The position numbers and the translations under genes were made by a program. This document shows, in pieces, positions 45,036 through 60,716 of a stretch of 64,000 nt of DNA. Each line of letters begins with the position of its first letter. Position 1 is the first letter of the stretch. The DNA is from Eledone cirrhosa (taxonomy: Eukaryota): contig OZ024740.1 of NCBI GenBank assembly GCA_964016885.1, forward strand, positions 294,872,001-294,936,000. Direction: 5' to 3'. The notes below the pieces were generated by a model that saw only the letters and a program-made list of their open reading frames with translations, searched no databases and was not told where the DNA came from.

Positions 45036-45073
<38 letters not shown>

Positions 45074-45086
45074 CTGGTAGTGTTGT

Positions 45087-45128
<42 letters not shown>

Positions 45129-45301
45129 AGTGTGTGTATATATATGTGTGTGTATATATGTGTGTGTCTGACCAGTGTATATAGATCACAGACACCCATA
45201 TATATATATATATATACACACATACATAAATATATATATATATATATGCACACATATTTATATATATATACATACACACACGATATATACGGGCCTTCTA
45301 G
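44728..45301 (+). mobile_element. Non-autonomous Helitron-like element related to 16481-17729
   Basis: Reverse-complement homology to 17085-17729; ends CTAG|T. Confidence 0.65.
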
Positions 45302-45625
45302 TATATATATATAAAGTAGAAATATAAGCTTTCATCGTATTTTGACTAAAGAAATTAGTGTGATAGTGAGGAGATTTTAAAATCCTCTGAATGGGAAAGG
45401 ATGAGTATTGACGAACATCTTTGGTTATGCAGATTACTGTGCTTCCATTACACCAATACATCACCTGTCCTTCTCCACACAAATTAGAAGTTATATTCAT
45501 AGCATGATAAAGACAATACATATAATGGCGAAATGAACAGACCTGCTTTTTCTTGAAGAAATGCTTTTAGTTTCTACCACTGCTCAATTTCTACCTTTCT
45601 ATTTCTTCTTTAATTTCTCATTCTA

Positions 45626-45661
45626 TTTTCTGATGAAGGACTAACGTCCGAAACGTTAAGA
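45626..45661 (+). ncRNA. Minimal type I hammerhead-like motif
   Basis: TTTT-CTGATGA-A-GGAC-TAAC-GTCC-GAAA-CG-TT-AAGA. Confidence 0.65.
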
Positions 45662-45956
45662 GTTTTCCTACTATATTAACGTCATGGTATAGATACGAAT
45701 GGAAATACGTGAATTTCGTATGCATCGTTCCTAAGATAAATAGGCCCACCAAATAGCATACTTTCTGAGTTCAAATCCCGCTGGGATCAACTTTGCTTTT
45801 AATCCTTCCGGGATAGATAAAATAAAAACTTAGTAGAATATTGAGATCGATTTCATTATCTTTTTCCTCCCTCAAAATTGTTGGCTTGTGCCTAAATTCG
45901 AAACAAACATTAGTAAGCTTGTTGGAAGTTGATAAATACTCAAGACGAAACACAAG

Positions 45957-46215
45957 AGATAGCTGTCGCTCTCCGACAGGTTTGCGGCCGTGCCCTTGGC
46001 AGTGGAGACTTCTGGTGTCCTTGGCCCTAGGGCCACTTTCCTACTCACCACCGTAGTCGCTGAGCTGGCCAGCCTAGGTGTGAGCCTCGCGAGATGGAAT
46101 GGCTCTTCCAGCGCATCTCCCTTACCATCGTTCTGGAAAACGCCTTCTCCATTCTGTCCGCCGGGGTTGTGGGGCGGCCAGCACGCTGGACCCCATTTGC
46201 TCACCATACAGAGAG
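45957..46215 (+). mobile_element. 3' fragment of a CRE-like (restriction-like endonuclease) non-LTR element
   Basis: PLAVETSGVLGPRA..., EPRE..WLFQRISL; related inverted copy at 50320-50600 reads WLFQRVFLTILRGNAFSIL. Confidence 0.6.
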
Positions 46216-47064
46216 ATGGGGAGGGCGAGAGAGATGGAGGCGATGACAGTGGGAGTTCGGCTTTTCCCCGTTCGGACCATATCCTTGTGGTTGTGTTTAT
46301 TATGAATATAGAAAATCATTTACAAAGATATTCACGAACACATTGGAAGTAGAAAACGCCACAAAAGTTAGTCTGGGACAGACAGATAGGTAAATAGATA
46401 GGACGATTAGAGATAGCTTTGTTATGTTTGTAGCGGTGTGATCGTGTAAAAATGTATTGGGCTGGGTTAATGTATTCGAGATGGAGAGAAAAAAAAACAA
46501 CAATTTCTGTTGCTATTAGCCATTTTTGTTAAATATGTTTAACCGGAATTTCGACCGTCATGTACTAAACATTCTTTTGCAAGTTTTACTGATATACTTA
46601 GAAAGGAAGTGTTCACTCATAGGAGCGTCATGAATGTAATGTATGTATGGGAGGGGGAAAGAGACCGTCTGTACGTTTGCGAGAGAAAGAATTAGAGATA
46701 AAACGATAGCGGAGGAATAAAAAGAGAGTGTGTGTGAATGAATGTGTACGCGTGTAAATTAATGTAACTGATAAATTTCGGAAAGCCACTATCGTTATAT
46801 TTAAAAGGCTGATACTTCTTATTTATTCTCCAGTGAAATTTTACGATACGGATAATTTGTTTATAAAATACATTAAGAGAAAGATTGATTAACAATTAAA
46901 AAGAGAGTTACTTTAGGAATCGTCTGTATTTATTGCTCTCAATTATTTATTGCTCCCAATAATTACCAAAAAATATTTGGGAAATCTTCGCGTTACTTCC
47001 ATCTGATTCATCTCAAACATATAATTGACATTTTACTACTGACACAATCTAAATAAAACAATCC

Positions 47065-47293
47065 ATGTCGAAAAGCAGTTCAGAAAGTATGAATATATTC
47101 GGTTATATAGCATTAGCATTAACCTGTATTGCATCAACATTGCATTCAGTGGGAATTTCATTACCAAATTGGCGTGTCACCTTCAAAGCTGGTGAGGAAT
47201 GGGTAAAGAAAGAAGGAATTATCACGTTGACTAGATGCAAAGAATTTGTATGTACGACAGTAATAGAATTCAGTAATATCAAAGGAGGTGAAG
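47065..47293 (+). CDS. Claudin/PMP22/EMP-like tetraspan protein, first coding exon
   Basis: TM1 followed by LPNW...EGIITLTRC...C; donor AAG|GTAAGT, phase 1. Confidence 0.75.
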
Positions 47294-47319
47294 GTAAGTT
47301 CTAACATGTATTTTCATTA

Positions 47320-49212
47320 ATAATTGTTTCTATTTTTGGCACAAGGCCAGTAATTATCCCAGTGTATTACTGTAAAGAGCCGTAACTCTATGCTGCAAAG
47401 CACGGCATCTGACCCTCTACCGATACTGCCAATCAAATGCTTGATAATTTTCATTAATAATTGTTTCTACTTTTGGCACAAGTGGAGCAATTACCCAGTA
47501 CATTACTGGTACTTTATTTTATCGACCCCGTAAGGATGAAAGGCAAAGTTAACCTCGGCGGGATTTGAACTCAGAATGATAAGGGCCGTAACTCTATGCG
47601 TCAAAGCATGGCGTCCGACCCTCTACCGATACTGCCAATCAGCACGGCATCTGACCCTCTACCGATACTACCAATCCAATGCTTGATAATTTTCATTAAT
47701 AATGATTTCTAATTTAGGCACAAATCCAACAATTTGTTGGGAGGACCAAATCCATTTAAATCCACTCCAATACGTGACTGGTATTTTATTTCATCGACTC
47801 CTGAATGATGAAAGGCAAAGTTGACTTCGGTGGGATTTTAACGAAGAACGTAAAGAGCTGCAACAAATACCACATGGCATTTTGTCTGATGCTCTACCAA
47901 TTCTGTCAATCCACCACCCTCATTTACATTAATAATGATAATGATAATAATAATTGTTTCTACTTTAGGCACAAGGCCAGCAATTACCCCAGTGCATTAC
48001 TGGTACTTTATTTTATCGACCCCGTAAGGATGAAAGGCAAAGTTAACCTCGGTTTTTCATCCCTACTACTACTACTACTACTACTACTGCTACTACTACT
48101 ACTACTACTAATAATAATAATAATAAAAAAAGGGATGGTGGATTGGCAGAATTGGTAGAGCGTCGGATAAAGTGCCATTGCAGCATTTGTGCTGGCTCTT
48201 TACGTTCTGTGTTCAAACTCCGTCGAGGTTGACTTTGCCTTTCATCTTTCCAAGGTTGATAAAATAAAATACCAGTCAAATATTGGGGTTGATATAATCG
48301 ACTTGGCCCAGCCCCTAAAATTTGGTAGATATGCACTTAAATTAGAAAACAATATTAATAATAAAAAAAAAAAACGTTGATTAGCAAAACAAATGTTGCC
48401 AACATTTAAGTCACTTAACCTTTTAGCATTTAAACCGGCTGTATTCGACCAGAATCCTCTCACCCTTTTCTGTTCAAACCGGCTGTAACCAGCCATTCAT
48501 ACTGATGTTAAAGTATTTTTCTCAAAATAAATCATATCAAAAGCTCACAGATTCGATATTATGTGAGATAATTATATGAGGGAAAGCCCTTATCATGAAA
48601 ATACAATAGCAAATATAGAGTAATGTAAATGTTAAAGGGTTAAATCAAACCGTCTACATTTGATAAGAATAGTATGTATTGATAATGTTTTCTGATTTAG
48701 GCGCAAAGCAAATCATTTTGAGGGAGGGGAAAGTCGGTTAAATCAATCCCAATGTGTTACTGGTACTTTATTTTATCGACACCGTAAGGATGAAAAGCAA
48801 ACTTAACCTCGGCTGGATTTCAACTCAGAACATAAAGAGCCATAACCATATGCTGCAAAGCATGTTGTCCGACGCTCTACCGATTACTGCCAATCTAATA
48901 TTGAGTCAACTATTGTCATAATTCAATGAACTCTCAGTAAAATATCAGACCTGCCAGACTGTAAAAACCCAAACGGGGAGTACCATGAAAAAATGTGCCC
49001 CAAACGGAGAGAAATGAGGAGGTTTTACATAATTGTTTCTACTTTAGGCACAAGGCCAGCAATTACCCAGTGCATTACTGGTACTTTATTTTATCGATCC
49101 CGTAAGGATGAAAGGCAAAGTCAACCTCGGCGGGATTTGAACTCAGATCGTAAAGGGACGTAACTATGCTGGAAAGCATGGCGTCCGACCCTCTACCGAT
49201 ACTGCCAATCCA
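47320..49212. mobile_element. Cluster of at least 6 Meta-like SINE copies and fragments
   Basis: Repeated GGATGAAAGGCAAAGTTAACCTCGGCGGGATTTGAACTC. Confidence 0.8.
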
Positions 49213-50319
49213 ATGAAAGCTAAACCCATTTTCATAAGAGAAGACATCTCTCATCCACTCCAAATTGGGTGGGAGATCTCTCCGTCCGACGGGTAGAGTT
49301 GATAGGTCTGACATAAGCAATAATATGAAGAGTACTACACACAGATTTTATATGCTCTTTTTTTTATATTAAAATAATATTGTATAAGATTTTTACATTA
49401 ATAAAATAAAAATGAAATTTAAGCAACGTAGTTTCAACTTTACTGATAGAATTTAAACGCTAGTCATTTATCAAAATTATCCTAAACCGTTTAAATTATG
49501 GTAGCTTAGCTCTGGATCAACCTTCCTTGAGCAAATCTATGTTCAAAAATGTTCCAGCCATGGCCATCACATCCTTTTGCACATCATAAGACTACTCTGT
49601 CTAATGTGTCATTCCCCTTCTTTAAAGACAGTAAGGTATAATTTGAAGGTGATTTAGCTGTTAATTCCAATAGAGCGAGACACTGGGTAGTAGCTCTGTC
49701 CAGCTTGGAATGGTGATCACATTCAGGGTGACTCCCCCAAAAATATATACACACTTTGATTACCTGTACAGGCAATATTTATCAGAATGCTGTTGAAGTG
49801 TGTATACCCTTTTTGGGGACACCCTGTATAGTGAAGTTATTCAAGTTGGTAAGAAGAGTGGTGATTTGTCTCAATGTAGTGTTATTCCACAATTTTCTGT
49901 ATTGCCTAGAAACTACGCAATACGGTAGGTACAGCCTAATGACGTCCGTCACCTCCAAACCAATAATTAGTGCAGATTGGTTGTTGTTATGTTGGCAGGT
50001 CTGGGTATGGTTTTGAAGAATATGATTGATTTTTACTTTGTCTTGTATGGAATGTGTTCGGCAAGAGGAGTTGAATGTAAGTTTATGGACTGCCTTGGAG
50101 TTGAATGTAAGTTTATGGATTAAATTGGTTTGGTGTAGATTTGTTTGCATTCAAGTTAAATCAATTGATAGGCCTCGTATCAGATACTGGGTTGTTGAAT
50201 GGGGAAGCAGGTAGGTTTTAATGTGTGTGTGTATATAACATGTGGTGCGGTAAATAAATATATACATATACATCAGGTCAGAACCCAAAGCAACCAGACT
50301 ACCACAGACACTGCTTCCG

Positions 50320-50600
50320 TCTTTCCCGCTCTCCTCATCTCTCACTATTATGAGCAAATTGGGGTCCACGCGCTGGCCGCCCCGCGGTCCCGGTGGACAG
50401 AATAGAGAAGGCGTTTCCCCGGAGTATGGTGAGGAAGACGCGCTGGAAGAGCCATTCCAGCTCGCAAGGCTCATATTTGCGGGTAACCAACTCCGTGCCG
50501 ATGGTGGTGAGTAGGGAAGTGAACGTAGAGCCAAGGACACCAGAAGTCTTCATTGTTACGTGTTCGACCGCAAACCTGTCGGAGAGCGACCGATGTTTGG
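50320..50600 (-). mobile_element. CRE-like non-LTR 3' fragment
   Basis: KTSGVLG...EPCELEWLFQRVFLTILRGNAFSIL. Confidence 0.6.
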
Positions 50601-51210
50601 AGAGTTTCCCCTCCTCGGACCGAGGTGCAGTAGATGGACGTCATAGCGTTTCTGCTTTCCTTGGCTATAATTTAGAGGATTCCTACCAGAATAAATTACC
50701 CATTATGATATATCAGTTTCTATAAAAGATTATATTTCTCTTAATCGACAACTATTTATGTACTTAATTATTATATATGTGTAACATTTGGGGGTCGACA
50801 CATTTCACTTGTAATGCTTTCATATATTGGTAGAAACACCACCAGGAAATGAACACAAGCTAAACCAAATACCCAGTTTTCGGTTATATGACAGTACTAC
50901 TCTTTTAATGAATTATGTAAGTCCTTAAAAGTACTGAAAAAGAATAGATATACGTAACAAATAATTTTGTGTCATATTAGATACTAAAATAAAACTTATT
51001 TATGGAAAAAAGTATGAAGTGGGCGAAAAGATTAAAAACAAACAAACTGTTAAACCGGATAGAGAGGCTAGTGTGTATGGAAAGAATCGGATTACATCTA
51101 CTCTAATGTATATAGTGTTCTATATATGGAACAGCGTGTCTTTGTTTATAACGCAGATGTTTAAATTTAAACTAGAAGCGCACCCGGTGTTGCCCGAGAA
51201 ATAAACCACT

Positions 51211-51310
<100 letters not shown>

Positions 51311-52162
51311 ACGTTTGTGTTCTTGATTTTGTCCCGTACCGTAGCGATTCGGCAGATAATAGATTAAAATTCCATAAAATAAGTAATAGATTAAAATTAG
51401 TTATAGGGTCGATATAATCGATAAAATCCTTGAAGACGGTATAGACTTGTCGAATGATTGAAACTGTTAAAAGATCTCTCATTCATTTGTTTATTGATAG
51501 TATCTGCATGGAATTAAATGAAACGAAAGTTAACAATACATTGAAAAATGGCCAAAAAGGTGAAGTGAATATAGTTTAACACACACACACACACACACAT
51601 GGGGAACAACCTTTCTTTCCTTTAAATATGCCTTTTGCTGAATGTAGACTAAATCTGTCTCTGGTAGCTACATCAGTTTATTTCATGTTAGCTGCTATTT
51701 CTTTATGCAATGTTGTTGTGTCGAAGAGTTTTATGTGTGTGCGCGCGCGCGCACACCCCCCCCCCCCCCACATATATATATGTATATATGAAAAGACTCA
51801 GGACCCCCTACGACTAAGCTCCGGCCGTTTCGACAGCTAGATCCAAACTAAGCCACCAATATCTAGATTCCCGCCGTTCTAATACTGGTGGCTGTGTTCG
51901 GCTCTAGCTGTCGAAACGGCTGGAGCTCAGCCGTCGGGGTCCTAACTCTTTTCATATTACTTACTCTACTGCCCTAAGTATTAAGTACTCTGGTGCGTTA
52001 TGGTCCGCCTAGTAGCTTACCACACCCTCATTGTTTTATATATATATATATATATATATACACAAAACTGAATACTAACCAATACTATTACTAATTCTCA
52101 CTTATTCCTAATTAAACTATTTTTCACTGTGAACAATTTGTCAGCATTTTCTTTTCCGTTTA

Positions 52163-52204
<42 letters not shown>

Positions 52205-52209
<5 letters not shown>

Positions 52210-53161
52210 GTATAGAAATTATTGTGAGCGTGAAGCCAACAGTATTTCATAATATATAAGTGACTATAACGTCAAAATAGAAAAATAGTTAACGTAAGAT
52301 GTGGGAAAATAATTCAAACTCAATTAAAAAAAAATCAAGACATTGACTTATCCACAGAATTTTGTGAAATCCAGGGAAAAATCAATAGAGCCTTAATTCA
52401 GAATAAAATAAAGTCTAAATACTCATCCTACAATTTGGAAAATCTACAAATGCTCTGTATAGTCTTAAAAAGACTATTTCACGAAACTTTCAGTGGGGAT
52501 GGTCACGGTTGGAGTCTATCGTCAGCAGAGCTCAAAATCCGATAACCCTAATCCCACTGTAGAATATGCCAAAAGGGAATTTAAAACAGGCTAGTTTACA
52601 TCATGCGTAATTATGAAAATAATGCACATGGAGAAACATGGCTGGTGACGTCAGAATGAGACGAATGTCTGTTTACAAGAAACAACAGTAAAAAACATTC
52701 CGAAAAAAAACAACTCTACAAATGTAAGGAGTTCAGCAAAAACAGCAATATTATCGCGGTTTAAAAAAAAAAAAGACCGGGATTAGTCACAAATAATTTT
52801 AAGCACTCTAGGAAATAATTCCGAGTATAAATATAAATGAAAGTATAGAAATTATTGTGAGCGTGAAGCCAACAGTATTTCATAATATATAAGTGACTAT
52901 AACGTCAAAATGGAAAAATAGTTAACGTAAGATGTGGGAAAATAATTCAAACTCAATTCAAAAAAGAAATTAAGACATTGACTTATCCACAGAATTTTGT
53001 GAAGTCCAGGGAAAAATCAATCGAGCCTTAATTCAGAATAAAATAAAGTCTAAATACTCATCCTACAATTTGGAAAATCTACAAATGCTCTGTATAGTCT
53101 TAAAAAGACTATTTCACGAAACTTTCAGTGGGGATGGTCACGATTGGAATCGATCGTCAGC

Positions 53162-53164
<3 letters not shown>
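52205..53164 (-). mobile_element. About 1.5 tandem units (about 635 bp) of an HHR-bearing element; HHRs at 52452-52531 and 53087-53163
   Basis: Minus strand: GCTCTG-CTGACGA-...-GAAA-TAGTCTTTTTAAGACTA-TA-CAGAGC; (TA)n on both sides. Confidence 0.85.
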
Positions 53165-53228
<64 letters not shown>

Positions 53229-53485
53229 TGAATGAGCCATCTTTCTATATCAGCCTGTAGGTTGAGGAAAAAGAGGAAGAGAGGAAGGGGGTACTCACTC
53301 TTCGTACTCCTGGAGATGAGGGTTGCACTTTTTTCGGGGGTATGTGTTACCCATATGTAATGTCTCCCCCTATTGGGGAAAATCGATTGATTTTTAAATT
53401 GCATTTGTGATAGTATTTTACACGTTTTTAAACTTCCCCCTTTGTATTTGTCCCCTTCTTTTGCGCTCCTGTGGCTAATAAAGAA

Positions 53486-53517
<32 letters not shown>

Positions 53518-53999
53518 CTATGATATACTATGTCAGCTGTTTTCTTCCTCACATCGTCCCTTAAATCCCATCACACTTGTCATACATCATGACACAATAC
53601 TTGTCATCCTCTCTTCCCTTCCACCTATTGTCACCCACCCTTGACATCATACTTATCATCTGTCTTACGTCCCTTCTCTAAACATACTTCACTTGAGACA
53701 GGTTATCATCCAACCGTCCCATAGTACATCCTGTAAAGTGGTTGGCGTATGGAAGGGCAGCCGTATACAACTTGCCAAACAAAGGGTCGAGACGACTCTT
53801 CGGTTATGTCAAAGACATGACAGCCTCCTTAGTACTGGTGTCGTGTATTTTTTGGTTTGTATTATTCCTCGCTAATTATTATCGATGAAATAAATAGATT
53901 AATTACTTAACACGTAAGACTTGAACTTATTGATTTGTGTTTTGTCCTCCAAAATGTTTTCTCTAGTTGTGTATCTTAGGGTAGATTCCTTAAAGTTTC

Positions 54000-54437
54000 T
54001 CGCGATGCGCTCTCTTGGTGAACTTTACGCTCAAGGATGACCACGTAAATCAAAGTACATCCGAGTTCCAAATGATATTATGAACCGCTAAATACCACAA
54101 ATGACATTATTAACTGATTTCTTCAATCTGCCATTATCCAATAGACAAATAATTCTGGAAGAATTGCAGAAAGTGATCGAGCAGATGAGAATTTGAAACG
54201 TCCCGGACACTGAGGGAATTTCTTCATAAATTCTTTTATGTAAAAGTAATAAGCTGATTGGCACTATTCATCACCTAATAGGTGATGTTTGGCAATAATT
54301 ATCCTTCAGGACTGGAAATATGTTATTATGTTGTCATTGTTTAAAGTTAACGGCAAGAAAGGGAATGTGGCAACTATCAGGGTATCTCTTTGCTTTCAGT
54401 CATTGGGGAATGTATTTTTGAGTATTTCTCTAAATAT
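54000..54437 (+). mobile_element. Old RTE (BovB-like) LINE remnant, continued at 61094-62050
   Basis: CGNYQGISLLSVIG, resuming after the PLE as ES*CSFRAGTATTDMIFTVRQ...QKKCIEK..VFID. Confidence 0.75.
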
Positions 54438-54739
54438 TATTATTATGTAATAAACAACATAAGGCAATTATTCCATTTACCAGTGGTTTCTTAAAAGCAA
54501 AAGGTTTTGCTTTCAATCCTCAGAATGAAAAATCCTGGTTTGTTTATTGAATATGGATTCTAAAAACGAAAATGCAATCTATATGAAAGTGAGGCTGGAA
54601 AAGGGAGAAGGAAAGGAAAAATAAAATAAAATAAAACTACACATGCAAACACACACAAAAAAACCCAAAAGCATACTTACACACACACACATATATACAC
54701 ATATAATTTGCACGCATACACATATACACATACATATAC

Positions 54740-54778
<39 letters not shown>

Positions 54779-54891
54779 CATATACATACACATACATACA
54801 CATATATATATATAAAAAGAGCGTACACCTACACACACATACACATATATATACACACATATACACATACATATATTCATACATACACACG

Positions 54892-54925
<34 letters not shown>

Positions 54926-54951
54926 TACATATACATACACATGTACATATC

Positions 54952-54995
<44 letters not shown>

Positions 54996-55018
54996 CATAC
55001 ACACACATATACACATAT

Positions 55019-55066
<48 letters not shown>

Positions 55067-55462
55067 GTGTGTACAAGCCTACACATACACACACACATAT
55101 ATATACACACACATATACATACATTCACACAAACATACAACGTACATACATACACATACATGAATGCACTCCACTACATATTAACACACGCAAATAAATA
55201 TAAGAAAAAAATATATAAATAATATTAACAAATATTTGACAGCGATACATGCCCCAGCTAACAGGACAGACACGCGTGGTAAGTAATACACACATAAGCG
55301 CATATACATACGTTCGAAATAGTAAACACATACACACACTCTCACACATAAATATACATATACAAATACATAAACACGTACATACACATACATACGCAAA
55401 CACGTACACGTATACAATATAAACACACACATGTATATGTAATTATATATACACACACACAC

Positions 55463-55517
<55 letters not shown>

Positions 55518-56101
55518 CAAAAATATAAAAATATAAACGCACACACACATATAAATACGTAAACACACATATACATACATAGCTAAACAAATATACACAT
55601 GCAAATACGTATATATCAAAAGAACGCACAACCAAATACAAACACACACACATATATACACACACACACACCCACACACAAACCCACACATACATAAAAA
55701 TAAATAAAAACACACGCAACATATACATACATACACGTACATATACATATATACATATATACATATACATATATATATATACACATATATATACACAAAT
55801 ATATATATATATATATATATATACACACGTACACGTACACATACACACATGCATACACATACACACACACATATACATGTGTGTATGTGTAAAGCTCAGT
55901 ATTAGATAAGACAAATGAACCTTACATAAACGTATATATAGTAGTAAAGTAATAAAGCCATACAAGGCAATTAATCCATTCACCAGAGGTTTCTTAAAAG
56001 CAAAAAAAGTTTCCTTCAATCTTCAGAATGAAATATACAAATATATACACACATACAGACACGCACACACACATATATATATATACACATATATATATAT
56101 A

Positions 56102-56145
<44 letters not shown>

Positions 56146-59100
56146 CACATATACACACACATACACACACATACATATACATACATACATACACATATAT
56201 ATACATACACAAACATATACGTACACATATACATATATACACACAAAAATACATACACATACACATAGGTATGTGAAGGGCAAAACAAAAAGAATATATG
56301 GGGTGGGGGGCCTAGAGGAGGTAAAAATATAAAGGGAGGTAAGGGAGAAAAAAATATTTTTTAAATACAAGAGTACAGAAGGTAGAAGCAGCAAAATAAA
56401 AGCCGTAGCAAAAGTAAAGAGCAGAGAAGGAGTTCAAGGCGGTTGATTTATCGTAGGAGTGTCAATCCAGTTACAGATCAGATGCGATTTCAGATGAGGA
56501 CAGCATCTGAAGATCTCAGTCTTAGAGTTAAGGCAAGCGGAAGTGTCTCTCAAGTTTAGCAAAATCCTATACTTTTCTGTGGTACACAAAGAACAATTCT
56601 TTGTGCCCCTTTGGTACTCCCTGGAATGGTCTAATATAGACCAATCAATAGAGTACGGGATATTACTATCCTTGAGATCCCATACCTTACTTGCGAGGGC
56701 CGTTGATGTTCGTTTATCTGAGTGTTTAAAAGAAGCGACATGTGAGTAAAATCTGGTTTTAAACCTGTCCTGGGTCATACCGACATATCGCTCGCTTCTG
56801 GCTGGCTGGTTGTTGATAACTGGCGTTATTTTAGCCTCATAAACGACAGATTTTGTTTTACATTTACCCTGCAATGGGCATTCATCCGGCTTCCTGCAAC
56901 TGCATCCTGGATTTATCCTCGTACGGTTTGAACTGGTGATTTTGGATTTCATGGATGGACAACAAGAGTAGCTGATCTTAACTACATTCCTATTAAAAAT
57001 CTTATAATATCTATGAATAGGAGGAAAATGTTTGTCTAATAGTTCAAGGAATTTCCTTCCTACATTAGTTTTGACATTTAGAGAAAAGGGGGGTGTGAAC
57101 CAAATAATCTTCCTTTTCCTGTTATTATGGTTAGTTTTAGGGGGGGGAATAGGTAAATAAGAAATATTTTCTGTAAAACCGCTGTTCTTAAGGGCTTTAT
57201 TATAATAAGGGGCGGCTTTATTAAAAATGTCTATAGACGAAGATAAAGTAGAAATCCTACGGCTAATGTTAGGAATAAGATTTTTAAAAACTATAGGGGG
57301 ATGGCAAGACTCTTTGTGTATATACCTAAGATTTTCATTAGGTTTATGATAGGGTTTAAAAGAGGCTAGTTCTTTACAAATAGATAACCGGATTGAAAGC
57401 TTAGCTAAGCGTAAAGCATATATTACCCTTAAAGACCATAAATTGGACTTTACTAATCGACCTAGTTGTAGACTGATTAACCCGGCTAAATCCGAGGTTG
57501 GCCTTGCTAGTAAGAAAATCTTAAGAAAAATAATTATCCAAATTAGAACTAACACTGTCCTTTCACAGTGGCTAAATACTTCCGCTGTTATTTCTTGGTT
57601 CAATAATATACAAGGTAAAAATAAGTGTAGATTTACGCAATTTGATATTGTCGATTTTTACCCTTCTATTACCGTTTCCTTATTAACTAAAGCCTTAGAT
57701 TTTGCAAGACCCTTCATTAATATCTCCAAATTAGAAGAGGACATTATCTTTCATGCCAGAAAAACTTTACTTTTTACTAATGATAAGATTTGGGTTAAAA
57801 AGTCAAACCCTGAAAACTCTTTCGATGTTGCAATGGGTTCTTATGACAGTGCGGATGTGTGCGACTTAGTAGGATTATTCCTTCTCCACACACTCAAAGA
57901 GAAATTTCCGTCCCATAATATCGGTTTATACCGTGATGACGGATTAGCAGTTTCTCATACCACCAATGGCCATAATCTTGATAAATTCCGTAAAGATTTA
58001 ATTAGTACCTTTGCTAATCTTAACCTTAAAATTACTATAGATACGAACCTTACTAATGCTAACTTTCTTGATATTAATCTTGATCTACTTACTGCCTCTT
58101 TTAAACCCTATCATAAACCTAATGAAAATCTTAGGTATATACACAAAGAGTCTTGCCATCCCCCTATAGTTTTTAAAAATCTTATTCCTAACATTAGCCG
58201 TAGGATTTCTACTTTATCTTCGTCTATAGACATTTTTAATAAAGCCGCCCCTTATTATAATAAAGCCCTTAAGAACAGCGGTTTTACAGAAAATATTTCT
58301 TATTTACCTATTCCCCCCCCTAAAACTAACCATAATAACAGGAAAAGGAAGATTATTTGGTTCACACCCCCCTTTTCTCTAAATGTCAAAACTAATGTAG
58401 GAAGGAAATTCCTTGAACTATTAGACAAACATTTTCCTCCTATTCATAGATATTATAAGATTTTTAATAGGAATGTAGTTAAGATCAGCTACTCTTGTTG
58501 TCCATCCATGAAATCCAAAATCACCAGTTCAAACCGTACGAGGATAAATCCAGGATGCAGTTGCAGGAAGCCGGATGAATGCCCATTGCAGGGTAAATGT
58601 AAAACAAAATCTGTCGTTTATGAGGCTAAAATAACGCCAGTTATCAACAACCAGCCAGCCAGAAGCGAGCGATATGTCGGTATGACCCAGGACAGGTTTA
58701 AAACCAGATTTTACTCACATGTCGCTTCTTTTAAACACTCAGATAAACGAACATCAACGGCCCTCGCAAGTAAGGTATGGGATCTCAAGGATAGTAATAT
58801 CCCGTACTCTATTGATTGGTCTATATTAGACCATTCCAGGGAGTACCAAAGGGGCACAAAGAATTGTTCTTTGTGTACCACAGAAAAGTATAGGATTTTG
58901 CTAAACTTGAGAGACACTTCCGCTTGCCTTAACTCTAAGACTGAGATCTTCAGATGCTGTCCTCATCTGAAATCGCATCTGATCTGTAACTGGATTGACA
59001 CTCCTACGATAAATCAACCGCCTTGAACTCCTTCTCTGCTCTTTACTTTTGCTACGGCTTTTATTTTGCTGCTTCTACCTTCTGTACTCTTGTATTTAAA

Positions 59101-59314
59101 AAATATTTTTTTCTCCCTTACCTCCCTTTATATTTTTACCTCCTCTAGGCCCCCCACCCCATATATTCTTTTTGTTTTGCCCTTCACATACCTATGTGTA
59201 TGTGTATGTATTTTTGTGTGTATATATGTATATGTGTACGTATATGTTTGTGTATGTATATATATGTGTATGTATGTATGTATATGTATGTGTGTGTATG
59301 TGTGTGTATATGTG

Positions 59315-59358
<44 letters not shown>

Positions 59359-59942
59359 TATATATATATATGTGTATATATATATATGTGTGTGTGCGTG
59401 TCTGTATGTGTGTATATATTTGTATATTTCATTCTGAAGATTGAAGGAAACTTTTTTTGCTTTTAAGAAACCTCTGGTGAATGGATTAATTGCCTTGTAT
59501 GGCTTTATTACTTTACTACTATATATACGTTTATGTAAGGTTCATTTGTCTTATCTAATACTGAGCTTTACACATACACACATGTATATGTGTGTGTGTA
59601 TGTGTATGCATGTGTGTATGTGTACGTGTACGTGTGTATATATATATATATATATATATATTTGTGTATATATATGTGTATATATATATATGTATATGTA
59701 TATATGTATATATGTATATGTACGTGTATGTATGTATATGTTGCGTGTGTTTTTATTTATTTTTATGTATGTGTGGGTTTGTGTGTGGGTGTGTGTGTGT
59801 GTATATATGTGTGTGTGTTTGTATTTGGTTGTGCGTTCTTTTGATATATACGTATTTGCATGTGTATATTTGTTTAGCTATGTATGTATATGTGTGTTTA
59901 CGTATTTATATGTGTGTGTGCGTTTATATTTTTATATTTTTG

Positions 59943-59997
<55 letters not shown>

Positions 59998-60393
59998 GTG
60001 TGTGTGTGTATATATAATTACATATACATGTGTGTGTTTATATTGTATACGTGTACGTGTTTGCGTATGTATGTGTATGTACGTGTTTATGTATTTGTAT
60101 ATGTATATTTATGTGTGAGAGTGTGTGTATGTGTTTACTATTTCGAACGTATGTATATGCGCTTATGTGTGTATTACTTACCACGCGTGTCTGTCCTGTT
60201 AGCTGGGGCATGTATCGCTGTCAAATATTTGTTAATATTATTTATATATTTTTTTCTTATATTTATTTGCGTGTGTTAATATGTAGTGGAGTGCATTCAT
60301 GTATGTGTATGTATGTACGTTGTATGTTTGTGTGAATGTATGTATATGTGTGTGTATATATATGTGTGTGTGTATGTGTAGGCTTGTACACAC

Positions 60394-60437
<44 letters not shown>

Positions 60438-60460
60438 ATATGTGTATATGTGTGTGTATG

Positions 60461-60504
<44 letters not shown>

Positions 60505-60530
60505 GATATGTACATGTGTATGTATATGTA

Positions 60531-60564
<34 letters not shown>

Positions 60565-60677
60565 CGTGTGTATGTATGAATATATGTATGTGTATATGTG
60601 TGTATATATATGTGTATGTGTGTGTAGGTGTACGCTCTTTTTATATATATATATGTGTATGTATGTGTATGTATATG

Positions 60678-60716
<39 letters not shown>

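Noticed and set aside
56434-57603. 389-aa minus-strand ORF as a separate gene
   Set aside because: Chimeric read-through into the inverted arm of the PLE
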